Part shown: one piece after another, positions 32,996 to 40,943 of the stretch
Position numbering within the stretch: the stretch's first letter is position 1
How the letters are laid out: each line of letters opens with the position of its first letter
Assembly (NCBI GenBank): GCA_016206165.1
Contig: JACQSD010000040.1
Location: forward strand, 1-43,339
DNA from: Candidatus Uhrbacteria bacterium
GTDB taxonomy: Bacteria; Patescibacteriota; Patescibacteriia; JACQSD01
Direction: 5' to 3'
DNA length: 43,339 bases
Notes under the pieces: model-generated
What the model was told of the DNA's origin: nothing
What the model saw: only the letters and a program-made list of their open reading frames with translations
The model's database searches: none
Position numbers and translations under genes: made by a program

Positions 32996-35900
32996 ATGAC
33001 GTATACCAATACGCTCGAGCGTTGGATGATCTGGGGGCTTGTCGGGCTCCTCGTCATCTCTGCGCTGCCACTCAATATCGCGTTTGCACAAACCACACCA
33101 CTCGAATTCACGAGTGGTACATCCGTCTCGATCGTTGGTTCGGTGGTGCGGGTACAGTGGGGATATGCGAGCGGCGCCCCAGCATCAAATGGTACTGTGC
33201 AGGTGTATTACAATTCACAAGACCCGACCGTGCCGTTATCAACAAGTGCCGCGCACGCCGCTACGACATCGTCTGTGGGACTGGCAGACATCCCACTCTC
33301 TTCTTTTACTGCTGGAGCAACGTATTATTTTAAGGTTTTGGCATGGGATCCAACACGAGGTGAAGCGACAACCGCGATCAAGAGTCTTCTTATTCCAGAG
33401 CAATCAACACAACCACTACCACCGAGCATGCCGACAAGCGTTGTTGTCGCAAAGGATACTGCAACATCACTCAAGGTATCATGGGGAGCCCCGACCGGAA
33501 CCGAGACCGTTTCGGAGTACCAGTTAAAATATCGATCAGGCACTGCATTTTCGATTACCAATTGGAATGATCCCTGTAGTTACCCGTTGTGTTATTCGTA
33601 CAGTATTGCGGCAACGGATCGATCATATACCCTTACTTCATTAACAACAGGGATACAGTATTTCATCGGGTTGCGCGCATGCGCGAGTCCGACCATCTGC
33701 TCTGCGGTTGTTTCTGGAGCGGAAACGCCAACGGCAATAGTGCCGAGTGCACCAACAACTTTTTCTTCGAGTAGTGTCACCGCTGATTCCGTGAGCTTTA
33801 CGGTCACACCAGCATCTGATTCTGGGAATCAATTTCGCATTATGTATAAGGCACGTGCTGCAGGCGGGTCTGCATATGATTTTAGCACGACGACTGATTG
33901 GCCAAGTCTTGCGTATCAGTTGTTTCCCACGACCGCTGCCGCACAGCCGCTGAAAGTAACCGGGCTTACTGCAGGAACGACGTATGATTTTGCGGTCAAG
34001 ATCGTGACCAGCACCGGAGTGTTTTCACCGTACATCACAACTTTCGCAACGACCGCGGCGAGCACAATAACACAAGGAACACCATTGCCAGTGGTCACGT
34101 TGACCGGCCCAGTGACGGAGACAACGATCCCGCTTTCTGTGGCAATGCCTGTGAATATGGGGACTGGGTATTTGGTGAGTATTCGATATAAGATCGGTGA
34201 GACATTTGCCGAAGTAACGGATTGGGCAGCGGCAACACCAGTTCCTGGGGGAACCGCGCTTACAACAAGCCAAGCACTCACCGCGATTGGACTCAGCAAA
34301 GGAACAAAATACACCTTTGGCATCAAGGCAACGAATACAAATGGGAGTGCGTTTACCATGCAGACGTTCTTGACTGCAGGCACCAGCACTCCGCCGGGTG
34401 GTACATTGCCGGCGGGCACTGCAGGGTTACAAGGAACAGTGAAGAATGCGAGTGGGCAGCCAGTGCAAGGGGCAACGATTGGTTTAGCGCTTGGATTAGT
34501 CTATGAAAATAGGACTACTGATGCGAATGGATATTTTTCATTTTTGAATATTGCTGCAGGCGCGTATACGTTTGGAGTTGGTGCACCGAACTATCAGCCA
34601 CTCACGAATAATGCTGCCACGCTCATCAGTGGACAAGTCACGACGGTTTCTGGATTGGTCCTTGTCTCCAACACACCGATCGGTGGAGGTACTGCAGGCC
34701 TTCGCGTGATCGTGAAAGATTACGCTGGTGCATTTGTTGCGGGGGCCACCGTTGGGCTTGAGAAGAGTGGATCACCGGGAACGTCCGGCCCCACGAGTAG
34801 TACTGGTCTCGTCGAATTTACCAATCTTGCCGCAGGGGTATATACGTTTGGCGTTGCTCCAGGAGTACGCACTGATCTTTCACCGTATACGAATGCGGCC
34901 GTGACGCTTATCGAGAATACAACCATCACACGCGATGTCGTCTTGCAGAAGAGTGGGACGACGCCACCACCGGGCGTGATACCAGGAAAGCCGACTGGAG
35001 TGTCTACATCGAACTTTACATCATCATCCATGTCTGTATCATGGATTCTGGATTCGAATGTTGCATCCTATGAGATCAAGAAAAAAGAAGGAAAAGCATT
35101 TGCTGTATGGAGTGATGTATCCGACTATGCACGCGCGACTACCACTCCACATGTGTTGAGCGGATTAAAGTCTCTCACGACATATTATGTTGCAATTCGT
35201 GCATGCAATAGCAACAATGAGTGTTCACCATATGATGAAGTCTCCGGGGTTACGACCGTGAGCACACCTCCTCCAGGGCAGACACAGTGCTCGGATGGAC
35301 TTGATAACGATGGTGATGGAAGCATTGATCTTCAAGATTTTTCATGTTTTGGTCCAGATGATAATGATGAATACTACCCACAGGAGCAAACGCAGTTACC
35401 GCCGATCATTCAACGCCTTGAACCAGGGTACGGCCCGATCGGGACACAAGTGCGGATCTACGGTTCCGGTTTTGGTGCAACGGGGAATACCGTGCGTCTG
35501 GGAAGCTGGACCATTGGTCGGTTCGTCGCTGACAACGGGGTTATTACATTCCTTGTGCCCATGTACTTTGATCCGTGTCCGGCAGCAACGCCAGGAGGTA
35601 TCGTTTGTATGGCAATGCCAATGCCAACGCAACCCGGAACATATCCGCTGACGGTGAGCGTTGGTTCTGGGCCTGCATCGAGTGCGTTTCAATTTTCGAT
35701 AACATCAACGACGATTCCACCTGGGGATCAGTGTCTTCCATCAGACAATGAAGCAGATTGGTTCTGCGTAAAAAAATCCGACGGTCATACATTGACAGCC
35801 ATGAATAAATGTTTCCTTGAGAAAATGCGTCTCTTTGATCAAAATCTTGTCATTCTTGAAACAGGAAAGCGTTGCGCGAATGAGCCAATACCGGAGCCAA

Positions 35901-38752
35901 TACAGAAACCGGGGATCGTGAAGGGGAAGGTCATTGGGCGTGATGCAAAGACGGGACAAGAAACAGGGGTGCGGACAACGGTGTACCTCCGGCCACAGGC
36001 AGCGACATATACCTATGGCGCTGCAGCAATTGCTGGATCAATCTATTCTGCATCGACGGGAGACGACGGATCATTCGCATTCACATCAGTTCGCCCTGGG
36101 GGGTATGTGCTTTCGGCAGAGTTGCCGCTCGCCGGGTTTACTCGTGAACAAGAAGCATATCCACTCGTCGTGGCTGCGTCAGAATCGACGATACAGAATA
36201 TTGTCTTCACGCGTATGAGCATCATCCCACCTATTCCTGGGAAGGGAGGCATCGTCACCGGCCGCGTTAGTGATTATACCGGGAAGGCGATTGGCGGATT
36301 GGATGTCTGGCTCGGCCCAATGGATTTTTCTGCAACGTTTGTGCCATCGCAAAGAACGAATGATCAAGGTATCTACCTCTTCCCCGCAGTTGCCCCAGGG
36401 AAATATCGTCTTGGGTTTGCAATACCGCCACTTCGCTCGGATCTCGCTGATCCTCTGCCCATGGACCTGAGTATTGCGGCAGGCGTGACGCTCAAGAAAG
36501 ATTTTACATTCGCGGAACGGCGTGAACAAGGCATTGGTCTTCCCTCAGGGGACGCAAGTGTCAAAGGAACAGTGAAAGCAAATGATGCGCCACTTGCCGG
36601 AGCGACCGTTCAATTGAAGAGGCGCGATGGCACAGGAGTTGGGTATATGCATACTGATGTATTCGGAATGTATGTATTCTCAAATATTGCTGTTGCGGAA
36701 TATCACATGAGCGTGTTCCCGCCGCCACTGCAAGCGCACTTTGCGCCAATTGAGGAAGATATCGTATTACCGGCGGGTGGTAACTATAGGGATTTCACGT
36801 TGACACCACGCGATGGGATTCCGCCAACGCCAATAGAAAAAGGAACCGCAACGATCCGTGGGCGTGTCCTCTATCGTGATGCACTCGCGGATTATCCAAT
36901 GAAGACCACCGTCTTCCTCACGCAATATAGCCGTGGGCCAAGTGCGATGCAGAGCCAGACAACAACGGAAGATGGTGCATTTGTCTTCACCAATCTTCCT
37001 GCGGGGACATATGATTTGAGCGCGGGGCTTCCTTCACACGCCGCTGCTCAGGCTGCGATGGCGCGTGATTTGGAGTTCTACAAAATTACGGTTGGCGCAA
37101 CTGATGACAAAACGCAAGACATTATCTTTAAGCGTGGACGCGTGATTCCGCCGCCGTTACCAACCGAGGATATCGAGCAGCGATACCAGGAATTTAAAAA
37201 GGTCTTGACCGATCGGCAACAGATGCTCGCCAATCAAATAAAGGATCTCCAGAAAAAAGGGAGCGCAACACACGAGCTCGCCGCACTCCAGGAACAGCTC
37301 AAACAGTTGCTCCAAGAGGCGCAACGCGCGTTGCGATCAAAAAATGCTGAAGAGCTCAATGTGCTCTTCCCACAACTGCATGCGTTTGATGAAATTATGC
37401 GGCAGACGGTGGAGCGCCTCTTTCGCGCAGCAGGAACGGGAGAATTCATTGGTCGCGTGAAGGCGTATCTCGCAGAAGCGCCAAAGTACATTGCAGAAAT
37501 GCAAAAAGCAATCGATACGCGCGCCGCCCGTGGTGAGGACGTCACGTCATTCGAGAGCAAAATTGCAGAGGTAGAGCGATTGCGTGAAGAAGGCCAGGCG
37601 CTCTTTGACGCAGGACGTATCGAGCGTACTGGTGACGAGCGTGGCGCAGGAGATTATGCATTCGCGATGCTTGATCGTGGCCAACAGCTCTATTGTGACC
37701 TCGGTCTCGGCGGCGGCAATTGCGCGGTTACATTGACAGGACCTGTGAAAACGCCAGCGTACATTCGTACAACGCTTGGAAAAACGGCAGACGCGCAATA
37801 CAAGAATTTTGTGAAGGGCGTCGCAGTGGATTCTTCTGGACAATTTGCCCTTGAGCAAGTATTGCCCAATTTATCGCCAGAGCAGATGCGCGCAATGTTT
37901 GCGGCATATAAAGCATCGCCGGACGCACTGCGGTCAGTCGTCGGGAACCTCGAAAACTATTCTGCCGATGTCCGGTCACAAATGCTCGAGACGAATGTGA
38001 ATGTCCATACTGAAGTACAAGGGCTCCGTGAAACGCGTGATGCATTGGATGAGGTAGCGGGCATTTCACTTGCGGCGCGACAGACGATTGATGTGATGCG
38101 GAAGCAGCTCGAAAAATTTGTCTTCCCGGAAGGTGTCGGGGAGCTCGTCCATGCACAACTCGATGTCTTCAACTCGACGATTACTGATGGTGCAATCAAG
38201 AGTCCAAAGACACTCGAGGCGTATGTTCGTACGTTCAATACAACCATCAATACCTATCTTCAGCAAGCACGACAGGAAAAGTTTGAGGATGGATTGATTC
38301 CCGCAAAAAATATTGATGAGCAGCACCCTATATTTAGTGCAGCGCTCGCACTCCGCGAACAAGGCGCACTCAACGTCTTCTTGAATAAGAAGGGCGAGGT
38401 GCCACTTGGTCAGAAAGTGACGGGCAAGATCTTTGTCCGATTCTTCGAAACAGCAGTTGATGATACGGATGCAGTTGCTGGAGCGACCGAGAAGCGGCTC
38501 CTCAAGGCAAAGACGGTGACTGGGCAGGATGTCGCACTCCTCATTGTGGGCGCGCATGATCTTGAGCTTACCAGCCGTATTCGACAGAATCGCGCGCAGT
38601 TTGCAGCATTTATGACGCGTGAGCTTGGCGTGCGGGTAACACCAGCGCAATTGCAGCAGCCTGTAACGACGAGTCAGGCGATTGCATGGGTGGGTGCGGC
38701 AGAGGAGAAGTTTGGGGCCGAGGAAGAAGCACTCGAGGAAGTTACACAGTAG
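32996..38752 (+). CDS. Giant secreted or surface protein (1918 aa): Fn3 repeats, CarboxypepD_reg-like repeats, a DNDGDG Ca-binding motif, an IPT/TIG domain and a long helical C-terminus
   Basis: Signal/anchor WMIWGLVGLLVISALPLNIAFAQ. At least 5 Fn3-like units (e.g. SLKVSWGAPTGTETVSEYQLKYR, SMSVSWILDSNVASYEIKKK). At least 6 CarboxypepD_reg-like units (GTVKNASGQPVQGATIGL...DANGYFSFLNIAAGAYTF and others). CSDGLDNDGDGSIDLQDFSCF, and an IPT-like IQRLEPGYGPIGTQVRIYGSGFG. The last ~600 aa are alpha-helical or coiled coil. The start codon has no SD. Confidence 0.8.
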   Translation: MTYTNTLERWMIWGLVGLLVISALPLNIAFAQTTPLEFTSGTSVSIVGSVVRVQWGYASGAPASNGTVQVYYNSQDPTVPLSTSAAHAATTSSVGLADIPLSSFTAGATYYFKVLAWDPTRGEATTAIKSLLIPEQSTQPLPPSMPTSVVVAKDTATSLKVSWGAPTGTETVSEYQLKYRSGTAFSITNWNDPCSYPLCYSYSIAATDRSYTLTSLTTGIQYFIGLRACASPTICSAVVSGAETPTAIVPSAPTTFSSSSVTADSVSFTVTPASDSGNQFRIMYKARAAGGSAYDFSTTTDWPSLAYQLFPTTAAAQPLKVTGLTAGTTYDFAVKIVTSTGVFSPYITTFATTAASTITQGTPLPVVTLTGPVTETTIPLSVAMPVNMGTGYLVSIRYKIGETFAEVTDWAAATPVPGGTALTTSQALTAIGLSKGTKYTFGIKATNTNGSAFTMQTFLTAGTSTPPGGTLPAGTAGLQGTVKNASGQPVQGATIGLALGLVYENRTTDANGYFSFLNIAAGAYTFGVGAPNYQPLTNNAATLISGQVTTVSGLVLVSNTPIGGGTAGLRVIVKDYAGAFVAGATVGLEKSGSPGTSGPTSSTGLVEFTNLAAGVYTFGVAPGVRTDLSPYTNAAVTLIENTTITRDVVLQKSGTTPPPGVIPGKPTGVSTSNFTSSSMSVSWILDSNVASYEIKKKEGKAFAVWSDVSDYARATTTPHVLSGLKSLTTYYVAIRACNSNNECSPYDEVSGVTTVSTPPPGQTQCSDGLDNDGDGSIDLQDFSCFGPDDNDEYYPQEQTQLPPIIQRLEPGYGPIGTQVRIYGSGFGATGNTVRLGSWTIGRFVADNGVITFLVPMYFDPCPAATPGGIVCMAMPMPTQPGTYPLTVSVGSGPASSAFQFSITSTTIPPGDQCLPSDNEADWFCVKKSDGHTLTAMNKCFLEKMRLFDQNLVILETGKRCANEPIPEPIQKPGIVKGKVIGRDAKTGQETGVRTTVYLRPQAATYTYGAAAIAGSIYSASTGDDGSFAFTSVRPGGYVLSAELPLAGFTREQEAYPLVVAASESTIQNIVFTRMSIIPPIPGKGGIVTGRVSDYTGKAIGGLDVWLGPMDFSATFVPSQRTNDQGIYLFPAVAPGKYRLGFAIPPLRSDLADPLPMDLSIAAGVTLKKDFTFAERREQGIGLPSGDASVKGTVKANDAPLAGATVQLKRRDGTGVGYMHTDVFGMYVFSNIAVAEYHMSVFPPPLQAHFAPIEEDIVLPAGGNYRDFTLTPRDGIPPTPIEKGTATIRGRVLYRDALADYPMKTTVFLTQYSRGPSAMQSQTTTEDGAFVFTNLPAGTYDLSAGLPSHAAAQAAMARDLEFYKITVGATDDKTQDIIFKRGRVIPPPLPTEDIEQRYQEFKKVLTDRQQMLANQIKDLQKKGSATHELAALQEQLKQLLQEAQRALRSKNAEELNVLFPQLHAFDEIMRQTVERLFRAAGTGEFIGRVKAYLAEAPKYIAEMQKAIDTRAARGEDVTSFESKIAEVERLREEGQALFDAGRIERTGDERGAGDYAFAMLDRGQQLYCDLGLGGGNCAVTLTGPVKTPAYIRTTLGKTADAQYKNFVKGVAVDSSGQFALEQVLPNLSPEQMRAMFAAYKASPDALRSVVGNLENYSADVRSQMLETNVNVHTEVQGLRETRDALDEVAGISLAARQTIDVMRKQLEKFVFPEGVGELVHAQLDVFNSTITDGAIKSPKTLEAYVRTFNTTINTYLQQARQEKFEDGLIPAKNIDEQHPIFSAALALREQGALNVFLNKKGEVPLGQKVTGKIFVRFFETAVDDTDAVAGATEKRLLKAKTVTGQDVALLIVGAHDLELTSRIRQNRAQFAAFMTRELGVRVTPAQLQQPVTTSQAIAWVGAAEEKFGAEEEALEEVTQ

Positions 38753-38782
38753 TTCGAATCGTGGAATGTGTGATACAATAAT

Positions 38783-38815
38783 CCCGCCCTGTCATTCGAT
38801 GGGGCGGGGTTGTCT
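38783..38815 (+). terminator. Hairpin after the giant gene
   Basis: CCCGCCC-loop-GGGGCGGGG followed by TTGTCT. The T tract is weak. Confidence 0.45.
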
Positions 38816-39463
38816 ATGAAGAAATATTTTTTTATCTTATTTTTACTCGGATTCATTGTCGTCGTACCTGCAGTTGCTCATGGCGCACGGGAAACCTCAC
38901 CCCAACCCTCTCCTTTGAGGAGAGGGGAGGGTGAGGTGAAAACAGCACGCGATCTTGATCGTGACGGACTCACCGATGCAGAGGAAAAGGTGCTTGGTAC
39001 GGATCCACGGCGGACAGATACGGATGGTGATGGGTATGCGGATCGACTTGAGATTGAGAATGGATTTAGTCCATTGGATCCGGCGCCAAAGCAAACATTA
39101 AAAAAGATTGTCATTGAGATTAAGAAGCAACGACTCTCGTACTATCTTGGCAAAAAAAAGTTAGGAACATTCAAGATTTCCACGGGGAAGCAAGCAACGC
39201 CGACACCCTATGGCGTGCATAAGATTTTGAATAAGGATAAACGAGCGTGGTCGAGCATGGCGAAACTTTGGATGCCGTGGTGGATGGGGTTTAAGGCTGG
39301 CGGCTATGGAATTCATGAGCTACCGGAGTGGCCGGGAGGAAAAAAAGAAGGAGCGAACCACCTTGGTACGCCCGTGTCCCATGGTTGTGTCCGTCTCGGC
39401 GTCGGCCCCGCAAAAAAACTCTACGACTGGGCAGCGGTGGGGACGATCGTCATAGTTCAATAA
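38816..39463 (+). CDS. L,D-transpeptidase (YkuD) with TSP3-type Ca-binding repeats
   Basis: Signal peptide MKKYFFILFLLGFIVVVPAVAHG. DLDRDGLTDAEE and DTDGDGYAD repeats. Catalytic GIHELP...TPVSHGCVRLG. An in-frame family-A repeat lies just after the signal peptide (ETSPQPSPLRRGEGEV). Confidence 0.85.
   Translation: MKKYFFILFLLGFIVVVPAVAHGARETSPQPSPLRRGEGEVKTARDLDRDGLTDAEEKVLGTDPRRTDTDGDGYADRLEIENGFSPLDPAPKQTLKKIVIEIKKQRLSYYLGKKKLGTFKISTGKQATPTPYGVHKILNKDKRAWSSMAKLWMPWWMGFKAGGYGIHELPEWPGGKKEGANHLGTPVSHGCVRLGVGPAKKLYDWAAVGTIVIVQ
38893..38937. repeat. Family-A element, full length, in frame in the L,D-transpeptidase
   Basis: AACCTCACCCCAACCCTCTCCTTTGAGGAGAGGGGAGGGTGAGGT, translated TSPQPSPLRRGEGEV. 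Confidence 0.92.
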
Positions 39464-39600
39464 ACCCTAAACTCTAAATCCGAAACAAACACAAATGATC
39501 AAAATCCCCGCCTCCGCGCGCTTCGGCGGGCAGGCAAAACATTTGAACATTTGAATTTTGAACATTGTTTAGAATTTCGACATTCGAATTTAGAGTTTTT
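39462..39600. repeat. Spacer-wide imperfect palindrome built from CTCTAAA/TTTAGAG and CAAATG/CATTTG words around a GC hairpin
   Basis: AACTCTAAATCCGAA (39469-39484) pairs with TTCGAATTTAGAGTT (39583-39598). The central hairpin CCCGCC...GGCGGG lies at 39507-39530. Confidence 0.75.
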
Positions 39601-40557
39601 ATGCAGCCGTCGTTGATCGTCATCCTTGGTCCCACCGCTTCTGGAAAAACTGCGCTCGGCATCGAGGTTGCTCAAAAAATCGGTGGCGAAGTGATTTCCG
39701 CGGACTCGCGGCAGATTTATCGTGAGCTGAATATCGGCGCGGCGAAACCGTATCTCTCCTCGCCTTTTAGGAGAGGAGACGGAGGTGAGGTTATCATCGA
39801 CGGCATCCCACACCACCTCGTTGATATTGTTAATCCAGACCAGTCATACTCGGTTGCAGATTATCAACGCGATGCGATGCGGGTGATCGCCGATATTCAT
39901 GCACGCAGAAAGGTTCCAGTGATCGTCGGAGGTACTGGGCTGTATATCCAAGCGGTCGTTGATCAACTTTACATTCCGAAAATTCCGGAAGACAAGACAT
40001 TGCGTGCATCGCTCGCGCAGAGCATCGCCGCACGCGGGATTGATGCGCTGTATCTCGATCTCTTGAAACGTGACCCCGCGGCGAAGGATGTCGTGCAGTC
40101 AAAGAATCCTCGGCGCGTCATTCGTGCGCTCGAGGTTTGTATGAAGACAGGGGAACCATTTACGTCGTTTCTAAAGAAGGGGAATCTACCATTCCCAGTA
40201 TTCCAGATAGGGATCGAGTGGCCGCGTCTGGAATTGAATGAACGGATCAATCGTCGCGTGGACGAAATGATGGCGGCAGGACTTTTGGATGAAGTACGCA
40301 GCCTTGGCGCGAAGTATGGGTGGGAGCTGCCGTCCATGTCTGGGCATGGGTATCGGCAGCTCGGGATGCATCTCCGGGGTGAGCTCTCTCTTGACGTGGC
40401 AGTCACGCTCACAAAACAGGAGACGCGACAGTACGCAAAACGGCAAATGACGTGGTTCAAACGCGACCCGAGAATTCAGTGGTTTCCGCGTGGTGAGGGG
40501 GCACTTGATATGGTACAAGAAGTTTTAAAACAAAAAGCACCCTTGTTGTCAGGATGA
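39601..40557 (+). CDS. miaA: tRNA dimethylallyltransferase
   Basis: P-loop ILGPTASGKT, DSRQIYRELNIGAAKP and GIPHHLVDI. The start is taken at MQPSLIV. A family-A repeat sits between the AAKP and PHHL motifs. Confidence 0.93.
   Translation: MQPSLIVILGPTASGKTALGIEVAQKIGGEVISADSRQIYRELNIGAAKPYLSSPFRRGDGGEVIIDGIPHHLVDIVNPDQSYSVADYQRDAMRVIADIHARRKVPVIVGGTGLYIQAVVDQLYIPKIPEDKTLRASLAQSIAARGIDALYLDLLKRDPAAKDVVQSKNPRRVIRALEVCMKTGEPFTSFLKKGNLPFPVFQIGIEWPRLELNERINRRVDEMMAAGLLDEVRSLGAKYGWELPSMSGHGYRQLGMHLRGELSLDVAVTLTKQETRQYAKRQMTWFKRDPRIQWFPRGEGALDMVQEVLKQKAPLLSG
39753..39792. repeat. Family-A element, in frame in miaA
   Basis: TCTCTCCTCGCCTTTTAGGAGAGGAGACGGAGGTGAGGTT, translated SSPFRRGDGGEV. Confidence 0.88.
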
Positions 40558-40561
40558 TTTC

Positions 40562-40639
40562 TGGCGGGCCCGGCCGGATTCGAACCGGTGATCTTCTCCG
40601 TGACAAGGAGACGTGTTAACCAGGCTACACCACGGGCCC
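40562..40639 (-). tRNA. tRNA-Asp (anticodon GTC) with encoded CCA
   Basis: The reverse complement folds as GGGCCCG-TG-GTGT-AGCCTGGTTA-ACAC-G-TCTCC-TTGTCAC-GGAGA-AGATC-ACCGG-TTCGAAT-CCGGC-CGGGCCC-G-CCA. That is 78 nt, with a 7-bp acceptor stem, a GTC anticodon and one A.C mismatch in the T stem. Confidence 0.9.
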
Positions 40640-40658
40640 ACATCTTTTTTGTGGATTG

Positions 40659-40686
40659 AGTATAGCAGAATCTATGAGAAAGGCAA
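40659..40686 (-). promoter_or_regulatory. Putative tRNA-Asp promoter
   Basis: On the minus strand: TTGCCT-N16-TATACT, about 20 nt before the tRNA 5' end. Confidence 0.5.
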
Positions 40687-40696
40687 GTGTTCTTTT

Positions 40697-40725
40697 TTGA
40701 CATCCCGCTCTCTCTGTGGTAGTAT
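40697..40725 (+). promoter_or_regulatory. Sigma-70-type promoter
   Basis: TTGACA-N17-TAGTAT, with TGG just upstream of the -10. Confidence 0.6.
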
Positions 40726-40745
40726 GATGAACTACAATTATCCTC

Positions 40746-40925
40746 ATGAAAATGCCTACTCCTACTCTGTCAAAAGAGGAACAAGCGCTTAAGGATCTCG
40801 AGCAGATTGAGCGCGACTGGACACACATGTTTCAAGATTTTCAGAAACGGTATCGTGTATTGATAGAACGATTGCAATCCGAATCCGATAACCAAACATT
40901 AACTCAATTGCGTCGTCGTATATAA
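40746..40925 (+). CDS. Hypothetical small helical protein (59 aa, below the ORF-track cutoff)
   Basis: My own translation: MKMPTPTLSKEEQALKDLEQIERDWTHMFQDFQKRYRVLIERLQSESDNQTLTQLRRRI. It begins 21 nt after a TTGACA-N17-TAGTAT promoter. Confidence 0.4.
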   Translation: MKMPTPTLSKEEQALKDLEQIERDWTHMFQDFQKRYRVLIERLQSESDNQTLTQLRRRI

Positions 40926-40943
40926 GTACGCGACGTTATTTTT

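Noticed and set aside
2213-39792. The recurring palindromic repeats as a CRISPR array
   Set aside because: The copies are kilobases apart at irregular spacing, many are inside genes, no cas genes are present, and the repeats are modular and degenerate rather than identical units with unique spacers.
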